Shown: positions 13,405 to 26,585, numbered from the stretch's first letter. The stretch is 64,000 nt of DNA from Octopus sinensis (GCF_006345805.1 NC_042998.1:192076001-192140000), one strand, 5' to 3'. Notes: generated by a model not told the origin, from the sequence alone. Numbers and translations are program-made.

Positions 13405-15958
13405 TTGCAAAGATTTGTTGGCGTACCTCACGAGTACGTAAATATTAAAGATAGACAAGAATGAAAATGCAACTTTCTTAAAATTGGGTGTATTTGTTTT
13501 AATTTACATGTTTCGTTTTCTTTTAAAAACCTTATCAAAAATAAGTATAAAATATGTGTAAAGTGAAGGGAGCAAGACACAAATAATAACAAACGTCGAG
13601 TACGATGCTTTAGCCATGTTTTCGAATATAGTATATCAACACACGTCCATTCAGTATCCAATGATTTAAACGGCTTCTGAAGTCACTCAAATGAGCAAAA
13701 ATTGGATAGTGAATACTGTTGTCTTTGAATTAACACAGTTTTATTACGTGTAATCAAATAACATATAATGCAATCACACATGCATTGTAGGATATTAAAG
13801 CATGTGTTATCTGTGGTTGTTTGTGCTGGTATGAATGATAATCAAAAATGTTTACTGATATAGTTATGAGGGTATAACTTCTTGATTTTTTAATTGTCAA
13901 TAATCGCCATCATTAAGTTCATTTCATATTCTATTCTGTATGTCAATAAATAATTTCTACAAGAAATATATAGTATTACTTAAAAATTAACCCCACATTG
14001 AAAAAATTTACTAATACAAAATATTTCGATTGTAGAAGATATACAAGTATCAATGTTATTTTCAAAGAGATTTTTATTGTTGATGTTTAATTCCAATTCA
14101 TGTTTCCTTTTCATCTCGAACATTGCGTAATTTTATTATCTTGCTTGGTCTCTCTTTTCAAATCGAGAGAATATAATTTGAAGAAAAGTTGTCTGTCGTT
14201 TTCAGTATTCTAAGTTGAGTAACATTATCCCTTCTAAAATTTTAAGCATCTCACCATGTATAAATGTCAGAACTATCCTTTTGTAGTAGATAAACTGGTT
14301 TGGATTCTCTTTTTAAATTCAGTTATTTCTTTTGGAAATGAAGATCATTAATCAATTTGTGAAAATTCAGGTTTATGTAACGGAATATTTGCTGAAATTT
14401 AGATATAATTTTAAATCATTTATCAGATTACAATGTAAGTTTATAAAGAATTACGGAATTTGTAAAATGCATTTACATAATACTTGCAAAATATTCATAT
14501 ATATTAAAGTTAAGGTTGTCTTATTTTGTTTCGGGGGGTGACGGACGTAAAATGTTGGTATCGTTATACATGCCTCTCCGTTTTTGTAACAATAGCTACA
14601 TGGATTTAAAGTATTTAGACTCAGAACATCATTGTAAGTCATAGTAAAGAAAATCCACATGGATAATACTCTGAGGGGCTTCACGGTGTACAAATGAATG
14701 AGGCGGTCCTTCGTTATTGCTGAACATGCTTTATATAACGGCATACGTTAAATCAAACCATACTGTACTGTTTATAAATAAGGTAATACAACTTGGAACT
14801 GAATTACGGAGACAGTCTTATGTCAAAGAATGAATCATGGCTAACCAACAATAGATAAAAACAGTATTTGTAGGAATGGTTTATTCTAAACTATCTCCCA
14901 AAATTACTAGTTTCAAGGGAAATTCTCAAGCCGTCTTCTTCAATTGTCACATATTAATTGCACTAACATCAATTGGAATTGACAACTAAAGTAATACTGT
15001 AAATATTCGCAAGGGAATTATTTCTATTTAACAAGTTTCAAATGGAATTAGACTATTGCACTAAGCGGTTTGCTTGACACTTTACAGCATTTCATATTCC
15101 GTAGCTTGTTCTCAATTAAACGTTTCAAAGTGAGAGAAATAGCATTTCTTAAGTCCTTCTAAATTCCACTGAGTATTTCAAAGGAAATTAAATACAATAG
15201 TACTTTCTTATGGGAAGCGTAGTCCCCAAACTACAATAGTCTATCATTAGTTAATTATATCCCTTCCGTTTTTAGAGTAAATATAAACATAGACTAATGA
15301 CGAAGTATGTTCTTGAGAGAATGACAATCTATTTCAGAATTTCTCTAATTTCCGCCAAATCCATATAATGATAATTCTTCAGAATGGAGACAGAATCTTT
15401 ATAATCATGTGTGCCAGTAATCACTGGAGAAAATAAATTAAAGTATTGTAGATAACAATGGAATGTTCTATTTCCTTCGTAGTCCTTTCTATAAAGGTTT
15501 GATATTCATGAATGTTAGAATATATCACATATTCCCATCACACATCAACTCAATATTAGTTAGAGATGTGTTGAAAGTATAGTGATTAAGAATATTCAAA
15601 TTTCTGTCATTATGTTAAAGGTGGTATTTCCTTTGAGTGTCCAGTTGGGAAAATGGGAACATTTCATATCCCATTCGATAATTTTTAAAAAATGATATGT
15701 TTTCTTTGCCGTTTGATTAACATATTCTTACTGCTTTACTAGAAACAAGAAGATGGGAAACATAGAGGCCTTATAAGTTACATGTCTACAGTCCCCGTGT
15801 GTTGCTCATTAGCGTTTCAAATGTAAATTGATTCATTCCAAATCAATATGTATTACATTCATTATGTCATTATCATGTTATAGAAAACATATTCCTATTT
15901 TCCTTTCTTCACAATACTGCATGCCTACACAAACACACACACGCACACATACACAAAC

Positions 15959-15995
<37 letters not shown>

Positions 15996-16009
15996 TACAC
16001 ACCTATGCT

Positions 16010-16330
16010 AAGACATAACAACATCCTAAGCAGACCGAGTGCAGATATGAGCAGCATATGGGAACCGGTATTAAGGAAGGATAAGAGAATATTAGATTTA
16101 TAAGCCCTAAAATTCACTCGATTCCAAGCAGTGACCTGAACAACAACAACAATAATAATAATAATAATGATAATAATAATGATAATAATAATAATAATAA
16201 CAACAACATCAAAAAATACCTTAGGAATGAGAACCCAGTTTCGAAATTTCCCCAAGACATCAGCCGAAACGTTGTGTTAACAACAAACAAGATGAGGTCA
16301 AATATCCGTCAAATGTAAATAATGTAAATA
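16010..16330 (+). mobile_element. Probable Penelope-like element 3' remnant with half hammerhead
   Basis: HNNILSRPSADMSSIWEPVLRK* resembles PLE C-termini; followed by (AAT)n and CAGCC-GAAAC-GTT-GTGT, the 3' half of a minimal hammerhead. Confidence 0.45.
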
Positions 16331-17204
16331 ATGAAGAAACTTCCACCTTTTGTTCAAGCTTGTCCTCGAGGCTTTGAAAAGGACCTTGGGTATGAGTCAG
16401 CTCCGCTCTTTCTCCCGAGAACTTTAGAAACGACGAAGACAGCGCTTGATCAAAATATTTGTGATTATCACCAAGCATTAAACAACTCGAAGTACATTGA
16501 CTAACGTAACTTCCTTTTCCTTGTATTGTGCCATCTGATGAATGTATATGGCGGATATGTCTCCCAGTTCAAAAAACTAAATAGTAGCTTTTTCGCACAT
16601 CGAGTGAGGGATGATGGTGGCGTTGAAGCACATGCCATGGTGGTGTTTATAACAGCTGACATTTTACAATAGATACCAATAAACAATATCATCTTTTCTC
16701 TGCTGTGAAAATTGAGAATATACAGCAAGCATGTTTAGAGTTCAATAGCAATCTCACAAGAATCTTCAAATTTATTTAAAATTTCCAGCATAGTATCCTG
16801 CGTTTCGATACACATTAGCATATAATGAATAGTTCTTCAACTCGTTATCACGCAACCAAAGCAATTCAATTCAAAACAATGGTTTTCAAACGTATACAGG
16901 AGACAAAAGATGAAAATCAGGTGATGTTAATATCAAATTCCGAATTGTTTCTCAGCTTAAAAAGACAACAAATAAACATAGAATATTATTTTCAATTAAT
17001 ATTTGATAAACATTTTAATAGCTCCGCTTAAGGATATACACGTACCACCATTGGCGCACAAACATATATGTAAATCCGTATTAGAACGAGACAATCATTT
17101 CGAAATTTTACCAAATATAGCAATTCAAGCTGTATTCATACAAACGCACGCCCACACACTCATACATAATATAATACATACTTACATATTATACTCTCAA
17201 ATAC

Positions 17205-17460
17205 ATATATATAATTTCAACAATATTAAGGAATGGCCCTGATAGGCCATTCGACTCACCAGAAAAAGCAGCCAAACTCAAACCGCTAAATAGTAGTAAT
17301 TCAGAAATCAAAGGAAAATAAAAAATTTAGGGTAAATGTTTTTAATTTTCCTTTGATTTCTGAATTACTACTATTTAGCAGTTTGAGTTTGCCTGCTCTT
17401 CTGGTGAGTCGAATGGCCTATCAGGGCCATTCCTTAATATTGTTGAAATTATATATATAT
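17205..17460. repeat. Near-perfect ~255 bp palindrome flanked by (TA)n
   Basis: Arms of ~120 bp match by reverse complement with only a few mismatches; the centre closes as ATTTA-GGG-TAAAT. Confidence 0.95.
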
Positions 17461-17558
17461 AGTCTGTGAGTATTTTCTCTTTCTCACTGGACCGCTGGTG
17501 GCGGAAAAAAATTGTATTGAATTTTTTGCTACCCTTATATTGATTAATTAATGAATAT

Positions 17559-17594
<36 letters not shown>

Positions 17595-17596
17595 GT

Positions 17597-17785
17597 TAAT
17601 CCAAACATGAAAACACAACAACACGAGGACGTGGAACAAGTATAGTGTTACTGGACGCTCAGGAAAGGAAAGAAAGAAGGAGGATTTAACGTTTCGAGCG
17701 GAGCTCTTCGTCAGAAACATAGGAAAAGGAAAGATCCAAGGAAGGGAAGACGGAGGAAAAAAATCGCCAACGATACACACACGGT
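17597..17785 (-). mobile_element. Hammerhead-bearing short element, family H1 (copy a)
   Basis: Between (TA)n and (TG)n; matches 23847-24046 and 48400-48598. Confidence 0.85.
17684..17720 (-). ncRNA. Minimal type-I hammerhead ribozyme motif
   Basis: Sense GUUU-CUGACGA-A-GAGC(UCC)GCUC-GAAAC-GUU-AAAU: canonical core, 4-bp stem II, palindromic ACGU stem III, stem I GUUU/AAAU. Confidence 0.75.
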
Positions 17786-17794
17786 ATATATATA

Positions 17795-17832
<38 letters not shown>

Positions 17833-17847
17833 GTGTGTGTGTGTGTG

Positions 17848-17881
<34 letters not shown>

Positions 17882-18253
17882 GTGTGAGTGTTTGTATGTG
17901 TGTACATATTTGCAAAAATACAAATTAACCTCCTCAACTCGATATTAGCTAAGTTGTCGATTGCTTTTTTTAATAAGAACTTAACACACTATGCTGTCGG
18001 TGGGAAAAGTAAAATGTTGCATCTTCCTTTGGAAACGATAAACAAGTCGTGAAACGGTCAGTCAGGGGACACACCCTATTTTCCCGCACACCGAACGAAC
18101 AGAAGAAATATATTTCCATTCTAACTTAGTTCATTATTACTAAGACTTGACATTTAAATATACGAGATGCTTTCAAAGAGTACCCGACCATTGGGCATAT
18201 AAAAAAAAAGTTGTTCATTTCGCAGATTTAGTTACGGTTATTTATAAATGAAA

Positions 18254-18520
18254 GTTAGTTAGTTAGTTAGTTAATTTTTGGCTCAAAAAGCAAAAAGCAA
18301 GGCTATGTAGGGGGACATGGAGTTATGTACAGGGTGGTGTTCATGTAAAGAGTTCAGGCCACTTGAGGTCAAGGGAGACTTTGAACAAAGCGGTCGTCGA
18401 CATCTTCACCATCTCGACTGGCAGCTTGTTCCACGGATCCGCAACCTGGACAGAGAAAGCCCCTCTCCTTCGATTGAGATGAAATCGTCGCAGATAGAGC
18501 TTTTCGGAAAGACCCCGCTG
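18254..18520 (-). mobile_element. 5'-truncated CR1/L2-type LINE 3' end
   Basis: RGLSEKLYLRRFHLNRRRGAFSVQVADPWNKLPVEMV..FKVSLDLKW* (CR1 C-terminal WNxLP motif), short 3' UTR and (TAAC)n tail. Confidence 0.85.
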
Positions 18521-20296
18521 TTAAAAAGAAATGCGGGCCAGAAGGAGTTACATATAGAATGTAAAATACAGTAAATACAGTATTAAACGTAGAAAGATAC
18601 ACATTACCGTTTAACTGTTGACAAAGGGTCTCTTCAATCCCTAATTGAAATATTCCCCTCAAAATAAACAAATATCATAAGCTATCTTATTTAAATAGCT
18701 TACTCGACCACTCACAATTTTTGCTCAAGCCCTTGAGAATTCCAGTCTCTGGAAACGAAAAAGGCAACCCAATATCAAACATCAAATCATTGTAATTACA
18801 ACATTAATGGTCCACTTAAAAAAAGATGGATTAACTGTCTATTCAGCCTCTGTGAACTTGAATGAAATCTCTATCGCATTTGTAAAATTAAGTATTAATT
18901 CGTTCAAAGCAGATTTTTTTTTTCAATTTCGAAACTAGAATATACAACCGATACTTTGTTTCCTTATTCGCTTTTAAATCCTTGAACACGCTGCGTCAGC
19001 TTTTAATTTTCTAAATTATATGAAGTTCATACTTCTGGCCTCCAATTACTACTAGTTGACTATCAAAATTAATCTTACCTGTCACTAAATCCTTAATAGA
19101 ACGCTATTTCGTTTTACATCTTTCACGCTAAACTTGGATATCCAGACATACAAGTATCTAGTGTTATTTTCCTGAGATGTGATCTATCAGAGATGACTCA
19201 AACAGTGAAAAATAAAGTACAACTCTGGGGTGTCTATCATTCAGAATTTTAACAACCTGTAGTATATCGGCACTACGTTTCGTTATTTGATGGGTGGTTC
19301 AATATTTTTCTCAAACAGCAGGCAATTATTCTTGCCTTTGACACCGTTTATAGAAGCCAGTTATTTCTGCTGAATAGAAAAATGTTCTCAGTTAAAGGTG
19401 TTGATATTCAGACATTTTCGCTTTTATGGTGTCAAGAAATAACTTTTTCTGCTAAGTTCGCTTTCAAAGAATTACTTCGCTATGAAGCAACTCCTTTGAA
19501 AACTTTAAATCATCCAAATGGACAACGTAACTAAGCTAATGAATATGAACTTGATGAAGCGACCTTCCATACTAAGATTACATGAAAAGTTTTTTCAAAG
19601 AATATTTGCATAGTGTTCAAATACAAGGGACGCTTAATAGTAATAGTATGACAACAAAAGAATGAATGAGACCTCGATATTATGTAAATAGAGGAATTTA
19701 TCTGTAATATAATATGTGACAATTATTCGGTTGCCATAATAAAGTAAAATTTCGGGTGTCGGAGCGAAAATCTGCTCCGGCATCTCGTCAGTTATTAAGG
19801 CAAACAAAAATGCTATGAAAATGACCGGTAAACAAAGGGAAATTACTATGTAGATGACGGATTTTAAGACAAACAAATGAGATATTAGAATGACCGTTAA
19901 ATAACTGGAAAACCCCGAAGGGGAGAAAGTAAAAGATGCTCATAGAATTCACGTATGCGCGCATGTATTTACATACACATGCGCGCACGCACACCCACGT
20001 ACATGGGCATATGTCCATATGCTCACTCACACTCGCGTGAAACGCATACATTCACCCCCCCACACACACACACATCTATATGTATACATATAAATGCAAC
20101 TATACATATGTACACATATACATATTCGCACACACGCACACACACATACACATACCCATACCCGCACAATTATATTCATATACACGTCTAAATACGCATA
20201 TGCTATATATGCATATGCTCACTCAGACTCGCGTGAAACACATACATGCACACCCACACACACACCTATATGTATGCATATATATACATATATATA

Positions 20297-20467
20297 GGCG
20301 TAGGAATGGCTGTGTGGTAAGTAGCTTGCTTACCAACCACACGGTACCGGGTTCAGTCCCACTGCGTGGCACCTTGGGTAAGTGTTTTCTACTATAAGCT
20401 CGGGCCGACCAAGGTCTTGTGAGTGGATTTGGTAGACGGAAACTGAAAGAAGCCCGTCGTATATATG

Positions 20468-20498
<31 letters not shown>

Positions 20499-20732
20499 CT
20501 GTGTGTCTGTGTGTTTGCGTGTCTGTGCTTGTGCACTCAACATCGCTTGACAAGCGATGATGGCCTGTTTTCGTCCCCGTGACTTAGTGGTTCGGGAAAA
20601 GAGTCGATAGAATAAGTACTAGGCTTACAAAGAATAAGTCCTGGGATCGATTTCCTCGACTAAAGGCGGTGCTCCAGCATGGCCGCAGTCAAAGGACTGA
20701 AACAAGAAAAAGAGTAAAATAGTAAAAGAGTA
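20297..20732 (+). mobile_element. SINE family A
   Basis: Full head GGCGTAGGAATGGCTGTGTGG to the GAGTAAAA tail. Confidence 0.92.
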
Positions 20733-20771
20733 ACCATACACATGTACACATATACATACCCGCACGCACTA

Positions 20772-21790
20772 TTGTCCGGGATGAAAGCACGATGGCACAC
20801 CGTGTTTCACTAGAAGCCCTAGATGGGTCACTAAGGGGTATTAGAAACAATACTGCCATTATGGCGGGGCTTAACTGTTTTGCTTGCAGGGGATCTCCTT
20901 CAAATATTACCCGTCATACCACGGGGTAAGCAAGCTGACGAGAACTATTCATGTCTGAAGTTTGTTCGTCAGCTTCCATTAAGCAAGAGTATGCGAGTTC
21001 ATCTCTACAACGACTCTTTAGCTGAGGAATTCTCTTGTTCAACAAATTGGAAATGGCGTCTTACTGTTGAACAACACTCTGCAGCAGCATGTACTGCAAT
21101 ATGGGCACATGGTATCTACAATGGCCGAACTTAAAGAAAAGGTATTTCCCTCTTTGCAAGAGAACTTCAAAAGCATAGCATGGTTCGCAGAGGGAGCTAT
21201 TTTTAGAACCTCGGAATGAAAGCGTTGATAAAGTAAACCATGAATTCCTCCACATTCTACCTGGAGATGATTCAACGTTTGTTTCCATTGATACTACCAC
21301 CGACGAACATGCCGCTGTTGAGTATCCAGTTAAATTTCTCAACTTCGCTGTTGTGTATCGAGTTGAATTTCTGAACTCTCTACAAGCCACAAGACTGTCA
21401 CCGCATGTTTTTTCCTAAAGAAAGGTTCACCTATCATGCTTTTCAGGAATTTGGAGCCACCACGACTATGCAATGGTACAAGATTGATTGTAACAACAAC
21501 GACAAGTGATGTCCTAGAAGTAACCATTATTGCCACCTGCAATCGAGAAGAGATGCATATATTCTACGCATGCCCCTTATTCCCTCAAATGTGCCATTTC
21601 AATTCAAGTGCCTCCAGTTCCCAGTGCGATTGTGCTTCGCTATGACAATCAACAAAGCCCAGGGTCAAACTTTAAAAATTGTGGGTCTCAATTTACAAAT
21701 TCCCTACTTTTCTCATGGACAACTATTTATCGCATGCTCAAGAGTTAGCAGTGCAGATGACTTGTATATTTTGGCTTTTTGGTGCAAAAT
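20772..21790 (+). pseudogene. Helitron Pif1-family helicase fragment (frameshifted)
   Basis: DESTMAHR..LEALD, LLAGDLLQILPVIPRG, IMLFRNLEPPRLCNGTRL, FPVRLCFAMTINKAQGQTL, FSHGQLFIACSRV motifs. Confidence 0.95.
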
Positions 21791-22864
21791 GCATCTTGGT
21801 TATATTGCCAAGTGGGAAGGTAAATCGCCGCCATCTCCAGTGCTGAAACCACCAAACCACGTGATTTTGACCTTCGTTGGTCTTGAGAATGATGGACACT
21901 CGACCGCTAGAAGTAGCAGCGATTCATCTGACCGCTAGGGATATATAGAAAAACAGTGCCAGATCAGGCACTGGTGTCGCGATTAACCAGTGAGCCTGTT
22001 AAAAATTATATATTAGCGTGAGAAGCAGTATCAATGCTTAGAGCTAATACTTATCTCCACAAAAACGTGGGTGTTCTGTTAGAACAAACATGGTATATAA
22101 CATGAGAGTCAATGTAATTTTATTTTAATCTATGCAATAAGTAAAACAATTAGAGATTATAATGACAAATGACCAGAATTGATTAGTGTAATTGAAATAT
22201 ATTTTCTCTCTGTTTTGTAGAAATCTACGAAATGGTAGAAGTGCTAATAAAATCCTTTCGTGTTTCTATATTTTTTTAGAGTGGGCGCAAAAGTGATGAA
22301 ATGAACAGTTAGTCTTCGCGTAATTTAGACTTGTTTATAGTAGAACAAAATCAAATACTCTCAGTTATTTAGTGCCTTGGCGTATCGTTTCTGCAATTCA
22401 ACAGTCTTTAAAGTTGAATGAGAATATTAAATTAATTCTAATACAAATGAGACTTGTATGTTCAATAATTAAATTGCCCAGAATTTTTTAATGAGAAAAC
22501 TTCTAATATTTGAGAAAATTCTATATCCCAGATGTATGAGCGTTACTGAAATTCAGATTGCTTCTATTAAATAACACGCTAGTCTCCGGAAATGTTTTAG
22601 AAAATGTAGAACGATAAGAGTTCTACAGAACGAAGTGGGGGAATGAACCACTGACAATACATATATGAATATGAAAAAGAGACAAAAGAAAAAAATGTAT
22701 CTTTAAGGTATGGGTGTATACTTTTCAGATATTAATATCTACAAAATACACTCAGTATAGATTAATACATGCATATATGTGTGTGCGGCTATATATGTTT
22801 CTGTGTATATATATAAGTTCCAAGTATGTAAATATGTATACATCTATGCATAAATCTGATATAT

Positions 22865-22901
<37 letters not shown>

Positions 22902-23431
22902 GTATGCATGTATATACAGATACAAATTTATATACGTATTTATATATATATAAATGTACAATATACATATGTCTTTATATGTGCCTATACATGTATTTGT
23001 GTGTGTGCGTGTATACATGTATATACATAAATATATATGTAGTTGCATATACAGGAATGTATATCAGTATCTGTGCATATATGTGTGTGGGTGTGTGTGC
23101 GTGTGTATACACGGCTATATGTGTATGCATACATATATAAATGTGTATGTGTGTTTATGTGTGCGCGTGTGTTTGTGTGTGTATTTATGTAAATACAATT
23201 TTTAAAAGAAGAGTTTTGTCAGGGTCTTCTAAGTTTCGGCTGACTTGACACCATCAAACTGCCTGACTGGTAAACCGGAACTTCATTGCTTGGTCATATA
23301 TATATACACATATATATATATACATGTATATATACACATATATATATATATACATATATATACATATATACATACATATATACATACACACATATATATA
23401 CACACCCACACATACACTCTCTCTGTCTCTT

Positions 23432-23479
<48 letters not shown>

Positions 23480-23846
23480 CGACCTTGCATAAAACAAACA
23501 TGAATATATGTGTGTGTATGTGTGTCCTTATATATAGATACACGCTTGCGCACCCATATACAGGTTTGGCCAAAACTCACCTGGCAGTAAATCAAAACCA
23601 TTTAATTCCAAGATTTATTTATGTTTATCAACTGAATAAATTTCATAAAAGCATCTAAATATGAAACGTCAAGGAAATAGTTCAAAATGACATCCTTCTT
23701 GAGCGACGCATTTTTCCATTCGAGTCAATACATAATTATAGATAATATTTATGAAATTTCGATTCACTCTCGGATCCCTCTATATAGATAGATATATGCA
23801 TATATGTGTGTGTTTATGTAAACATATATATTCACAATGTGACCGC

Positions 23847-24046
23847 GTGTGTACAATTGGCGATTTTCTTTCTCCATCTTCCTTTCCTTGGATCTTTCCT
23901 TTTCCTATGTTTCTGACGAAGAGCTCCGCTCGAAACATTAATTCCTCCTTCTTTCTTTCGTTTCCTGAGCGTCCAATAACACTCTACTTGTTCCACGTCC
24001 TCGCGTTGTTGTGTTTTCTCTTTGTGTTTCAATGTTTGGATTAACT
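23847..24046 (+). mobile_element. Hammerhead-bearing short element, family H1 (copy b)
   Basis: Core GTTT-CTGACGA-AGAGCTCCGCTC-GAAACATTAA at 23908-23944 (ACGT decayed to ACAT); ends in (TA)n. Confidence 0.85.
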
Positions 24047-24082
24047 ATATATATATATATATAATATATATATATATATAGT

Positions 24083-24263
24083 TTTTCTTTCCTTTTTTCT
24101 CTCCTTGTTTCTCTCCTTGTTTTTTTACTGTGTATCTTTCTGTAGAAGAGCGTAGGCTCGAAACGTAAAAGACTTTTTCTATTCCTGAGCGCTATACTGA
24201 TACATTTGTTTGTTGGTACACCACCTGCCTTCGTCTTTTGTTTATTTTTGTAAACTTTCCCTT
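24083..24263 (+). mobile_element. Hammerhead-bearing short element, family H2 (copy a)
   Basis: Flanked by (TA)n on both sides; matches 50948-51130. Confidence 0.85.
24135..24172 (+). ncRNA. Minimal hammerhead-like motif with A6U core variant
   Basis: UCUUU-CUGUAGA-A-GAGC(GUAG)GCUC-GAAAC-GUA-AAAGA: 5-bp stem I, GUA triplet, palindromic ACGU stem III. Confidence 0.65.
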
Positions 24264-24322
<59 letters not shown>

Positions 24323-24345
24323 ATATATATGATAGATATATATAA

Positions 24346-24577
24346 AAGGCGGCGAGCTGGCAGAAACGTTAGCACGCTGGACGAAATGCGTAGCTGTATT
24401 TCGTCTGTCGTCACGTTCCGAGTTCAAATTCCGCCGAGGTCGACTTTGCCTTTCATCCTTTCGGGGTCGATAAATTAAGTACCAGTTACACACTGGGGTC
24501 GATATAATCGACTTAATCCGTTCGTCTGTCCTTATTTGTCCCGTCTGTGTTTAGCCCCTTGTGGGCAGTAAAGAAAT
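24346..24577 (+). mobile_element. SINE family B
   Basis: Full-length; tail GGGCAGTAAAGAAATA runs into (TA)n. Confidence 0.9.
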
Positions 24578-24595
24578 ATATATATGATAGATAGA

Positions 24596-24631
<36 letters not shown>

Positions 24632-25489
24632 TAGATAGAAAGACAGACAGATATATATAATAGATAGATATGCACATATTCATTGTTGTTTAAATTATAA
24701 TGTGCACATTATCCAAATCCTCGAGTTTCTTGCTGGTAGGAACTTCGGTTGTATGCTACCTTCTTTCATTTTCCTGTTAGAGTATATTATCATTTTTCTT
24801 TTCAGTTATGACGACTTTATGCAACATAAGTGTGAAATCCAGCAGAGGATCATTTGCCTCAGCAGCACAAATCTTGTTTCTCTTCACTACCGGGCTTCAG
24901 TACGATTAAACAGGCGTGATTTAAAATTTTCGTCTAGCACAAGATATGATGTTCGACCAGCCATATTGTTTTCTGACTAAAGGTCACCTTACCCATCTGC
25001 GTTGTAAGAATGACATAGACTCTTTCTACGAACATAAAATCTAAGGTTTTAGACGGGTTAATAATTTTAATAAGAAGTTTAAAGAGTTAACCGAGTTTTA
25101 TTATCCATCATTGCATACTATGTTTCGAATTTGTCATCACAAACATGACGTACGTGTCTGAATGTGAATTTCCATAGGAATTTTTTTTTATAATAAAAAA
25201 ATAATGACGTTATTGTGTATAGTGTTCAGGTGCAGTACAAAAAAAATGCTATTTTATACCCAATGTTTCTTGGGCCTATTTTATAAGCATACATTTTCAT
25301 ATACATGTCACATTCTACAATGAAGAAAAGGGAAATTTATAAACTTACAACTGCATATCAATTAATTGTAGTAGTTAGAGGCAAAGGAACTCGAAGAATA
25401 TGGAACGTGGCATCGATTTTCTATAGAGCAAACAAACGTAATTATGGACGACCGGAAAAATAATTATGTGTGGTATGTGTTTGTATATA

Positions 25490-25510
25490 TATGTACATAT
25501 GCCCCAATAC

Positions 25511-25583
<73 letters not shown>

Positions 25584-25664
25584 CATATATATAGATATAT
25601 ATATATAATATCTATATATATATACATATATCTATATATATATATATATATATCTATATATATA

Positions 25665-25712
<48 letters not shown>

Positions 25713-26174
25713 CATATATGTATACATATATTTCAATATATGCACATACACGCATAGGTATATCTACATATATGTGTGTGTATGTGTGTGCGTGGGTGGG
25801 TGGGTGGGTGGGTGTGCGTGTGTGTGTGTGTGTGTGTACAATGCGCATGTATAATAACATATTTATAGAAAGATCTCACTTTTTTTTTCTATGTAATGCT
25901 ATTATTCCAAAGATGGTTTACTTCCAGTAAGAATGGCTCATTTCGTAATAAGAAAGTGGAAATTAATGAGCAACTTATTAGCTTCATCAGTAAAACATTG
26001 GTTCATTAATCAAAGGATGTACGCTTAGATGCCACATACATTTCCCCCGATTGCTTCCTTTCGATGTTCTCATTTCCTACGAACTTACGAAATGTGTGAG
26101 AACGAACGCACTATTACTCACACACACGCTTCATATCTGCTGTGTATCTATATGAATATAATATATATACATAT

Positions 26175-26205
<31 letters not shown>

Positions 26206-26246
26206 TTATACATATATATGTGTATCTATCTATCTATGTATCTGTC

Positions 26247-26277
<31 letters not shown>

Positions 26278-26329
26278 TATACATACATATGTGTATCTAT
26301 CTATATATATATATATATTATATATACAC

Positions 26330-26405
<76 letters not shown>

Positions 26406-26496
26406 TGCATATATATGTGTATCTATCTATCTATCTATATATATATATATATATATAATAAATATGCATATATGTGTATCTATCTATCTATCTATC

Positions 26497-26528
<32 letters not shown>

Positions 26529-26585
26529 ATATGTGTGTGTGTGTGTATGTGTGTGTGTGTGTGTGTATGTGTGTGTGTGTGTTGT
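25490..26585. repeat. Compound (TA)n/(TG)n/(TCTA)n microsatellite blocks
   Basis: Arrays at ~25490-25840 and ~26150-26585. Confidence 0.9.
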
